DNA of 50,000 nucleotides, from positions 1 to 50,000 of the forward strand of contig NW_025214721.1 of assembly GCF_004010195.1 (NCBI RefSeq). Direction: 5' to 3'. Numbering within the stretch: the stretch's first letter is position 1; each line of letters begins with the position of its first letter. Below the pieces are notes generated by a model. The model saw only the letters and a list, made by a program, of their open reading frames with translations. It was not told the origin of the DNA and made no database searches. The translations under genes were made by a program, and so were the position numbers. Source of the stretch: Chiloscyllium plagiosum. Taxonomy: Eukaryota. This document shows positions 47,273-50,000 of this stretch, piece by piece.

Positions 47273-48576
47273 TTGCCTGTCCTCGGATGCTGCCTGAATT
47301 GCTGTGCTCTTCCAGCACCACTGATCCAGAATCTGGTTTCCAGCATCTGCAGTCATTGTTTTTACCTCAATGAGCTGGAGCTGCCAGGTACCTGCTGTGA
47401 CTTGCACATCAGGAATTGTTGCTGTCTAGTTCCTGTCTGGAATGTGAGAGAATAGGAAACTGCATGTTAATTAAATGAGATTAGGTATTACTGAATTGTA
47501 AATGCAAATAGCTATTTCCTACTCATGGACAGGCTTCTTGTCAGGCCATTCAAACGTGTTTTCAATTTAGACTCGAAAAAAATGTGTAATTTCTTTGACT
47601 CCCATTTCTTTGAACTCACCATATTTTCCAACAAAATTGCCATTACCCGTGTCATTCAGGGCTCAGAAAATTCAATCCAAAATTACATTAGATAAGGACT
47701 AATCTACCTTCTTTGTGTGTCCATGTGCTCTGAATGATCTCTAAAGTTCATGTCCATATTCTCAAGGCTTGCTAAAGTTCTAATCTAGTGTAGTTTGATG
47801 CACGATGTCATATAGATTGCTTTAACTCCACCCACACTGTGCTATTTATGCAGTGATGTGCAACCCCACGATATTATCAAAAAGTTGTTCCAGATTCCTG
47901 AAGATCTTGCACAATAATTATTTAGGCTTTATTACTTTCTCCCTCAATCTGACCTCATGCATTAACTTTTTATTCTCTATCCAAGAGCTAGCTACATGTC
48001 CCAACATTTTTGCACTTAGGTATTTCTCTCTGATATTATCACCTGGTTACCATAACTTCTTTGTTAGTTTAAACCCTTTCCAATAACACAAAGAGAATGC
48101 CCCACAAGGAACACAATCATGACTCTGCTCAAGTGCAAATCATAAATCTATATCTATCCCATGTTCTGTAGAATGGGTTCAAATGTCTGAAGAATCTAAT
48201 GCCCTACCTCCCACATATTAAACTGTCGTAGCCTCTTATTTCAACACATTTGCGCTTGGAGATTGCATCTGAGGATGAGTACTTTTGAGGTCCTTCTTGC
48301 AAATTTTCTTCCTAGCTCCCTATGTTCTGACTGGATGGTCACTTCTCTCTTTCCACAGATGTTGTTGGATGGACCACAACAATGAGGACCATGACAGTTA
48401 GCTAATCATCCTTCTCCCCCCCCAGGATGCTTTGCATACCCTCAATGACATTCTTGACCCTGGTGCCAGGAAAGCTAAGTCTGGATTCATGTCTGCAGCC
48501 ATAGAAATGTCTATCTGTTCCCTTAGGTTTTCAATCACAGTCACCTATGGTTCTTCTAGCATTCCTTGTACACTAT

Positions 48577-48806
48577 CACGGCTCAGTAGTTAGCACTGCC
48601 GCCTCACAGCACTAGTGATCCAGGTTTGGTTCCAGCCTACGTGACTTTGTGGAGTTTGCACATTCTCCCCGTGTCTGAGTGGGTTTCCTCTCACAGTCCA
48701 AAGATGTGCAGTATAGGTGGATTAGGTTCTAGGTGGAGTGCTCTTTGGAGGGTTGGTATGGACTTAATGGGCCAAATGGCCTCTTTTGCCACTGTAGGGA
48801 TTCTAT
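48577..48806 (+). mobile_element. HE1-type V-SINE with internal deletions
   Basis: ttagcactgccgcctcacagc head and tgtggagtttgcacattctccccgtgtctg V-domain. Confidence 0.8.
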
Positions 48807-49304
48807 AATTGTGGAGATAGGTCATTTGTGCCTGCATTCCTCAGATGGACTATCACTCTCAGAACTGAATACTGATTAGAAAGTGAGTTACTCTTGGGAT
48901 GTTCTTCTTTACTACCAGCCAATTTCTTTCTGACTGTCTGGCGATCATCTACTTTTGCATAGTCTTAAGCTGCGGAGTGACCACATGTAAAAACATGTTA
49001 TGCATATAGTTCTCACCCACCACACTCATGCAAGCTACTGCTCAAGTTTTGAAATGCGCAGCTCAAGCTGTTGCAACCGACAACACTTTCTGCACAAAAG
49101 GTTGTGTAAGACGTGGGAAGCTGCATGAAGTTCCCACATAACATAGCATATACACTCATGGGTTTAAACAAAATTGCCTTCCTTCATTTAGCAGGTGATC
49201 CTTTGCAACAGCTTAAAAAGACTGTCCTACAAAGAGAAACAGGAGACTGGGCCCATATTTTCTTGAATTTAGAAGAGCAAGCAGTGATTTCATTGAAAGA
49301 ATTT

Positions 49305-49660
49305 TCTTTAAACGGTTAGAATGCAGACAGAATGTTTTCCCCGGTCATGGGGTAAAGAACCAGACAAAATGTCAAAATCAGGGTCAAACCACTGAGATGA
49401 AAAGGAATTTCTTCACTCAGAGACAGTGTATCTTTGTAATTCTATTCCTCAGAGGGCTATGGAAGCTCAGTCACTGAATATTTTCAAATTGGAGACTGAT
49501 AGATTTGTAGATACGAATGACATCAAGGGATTTGATGATAGCACAACAAACTGGTATTGAGATAAATAATCGATGATCTAAAATGGCAGAGCAGGCTGAT
49601 AGGACAGAATGGACCACCATTATGCTTTTATTTTATTATGTTAAGTTATTATGTTCTGAT
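49305..49660 (+). mobile_element. CR1 LINE 3' fragment, degenerate
   Basis: actgagatgaaaaggaatttcttcactcagaga (TEMKRNFFTQR) followed by a CR1-type 3' UTR. Confidence 0.7.
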
Positions 49661-50000
49661 ATTTTCTTACGTTCCCATCCACACAAACTACAAAGACCAT
49701 GGTATTGTCTTACATTTCCAGGTGCAAGTCCCAAAGGCAGGAGAATTCCTGGCTCTGCAAACCTGACCATTAACAATGACCACCTGAACTCCCATTTTTA
49801 GTTCAGGAGGGAGAGTAGAGGCTGGTAGGATGTTGTCCCAAATGACTAGCTGTCAAGGCTTCTGGGTTCCAAGATAGACTGGGTAGAAAGCATTATAATT
49901 GAAAAGGTGTCACAGGACCATATCTGAAAAGTACCTTACTTCTCCAATGGAGTACAGTGACTCTCTAAATGAACCCTGAGCTCAGACCTGTTTTTCTCAG

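Larger units (their letters stand above)
46355..47367 (+). mobile_element. Young Penelope-like element: inverted 5' terminal repeat, GIY-YIG fragment, two tandem 3' terminal repeats
   Basis: PLVLTFHP...CHRRNCKTC...FTCTSTNIIDCIRCSRCSLLYIGETGRLLAERFREH; 47070-47189 is nearly identical to 47249-47368. TSD CAATGAGCTGGAGCTG at 46339-46354 and 47368-47383. Confidence 0.93.

Noticed and set aside
47070..47368. Direct repeats with a spacer resembling a CRISPR or LTR arrangement
   Set aside because: Eukaryotic context, only two units, and adjacent to a GIY-YIG ORF; these are Penelope tandem terminal repeats.
33600..50000. Expected neighbour genes (TRMO downstream, ANP32B upstream in human synteny)
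   Set aside because: No exon or CpG-island promoter recognisable by eye in the window; the tttccag-preceded open stretch near 49722 has no recognised homology.

Overview
Repeat-rich vertebrate genomic DNA, almost certainly from a shark (HE1-type V-SINEs, HER1/CR1 LINEs, Deu-domain SINEs; the exact species cannot be fixed from sequence alone). One host gene can be reconstructed by hand: a 4-coding-exon, + strand hemogen (HEMGN) orthologue (21475-21523, 26070-26148, 30934-31163, 31934-32043; 155 aa) that the ORF track almost misses, with candidate erythroid GATA/E-box elements upstream. The rest is retrotransposon debris: CR1/HER1 and L2-like LINE fragments, a 5'-truncated Tx1/L1-clade LINE, HE1 and Deu SINEs, a Tigger/pogo-like MITE, and at least three families of Penelope-like elements (GIY-YIG). 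The Penelope terminal repeats carry minimal type-I hammerhead ribozyme motifs, often form long palindromes and have 10-16 bp target-site duplications. Most notable: a ~1.1 kb fold-back with a core-intact sense hammerhead just 3' of the HEMGN stop, element junctions that repeatedly fall in or next to the hammerhead, and a four-layer nested insertion resolvable by its TSDs. There is a 191-N assembly gap at 10188-10378. All calls were made by eye, with no database searches.
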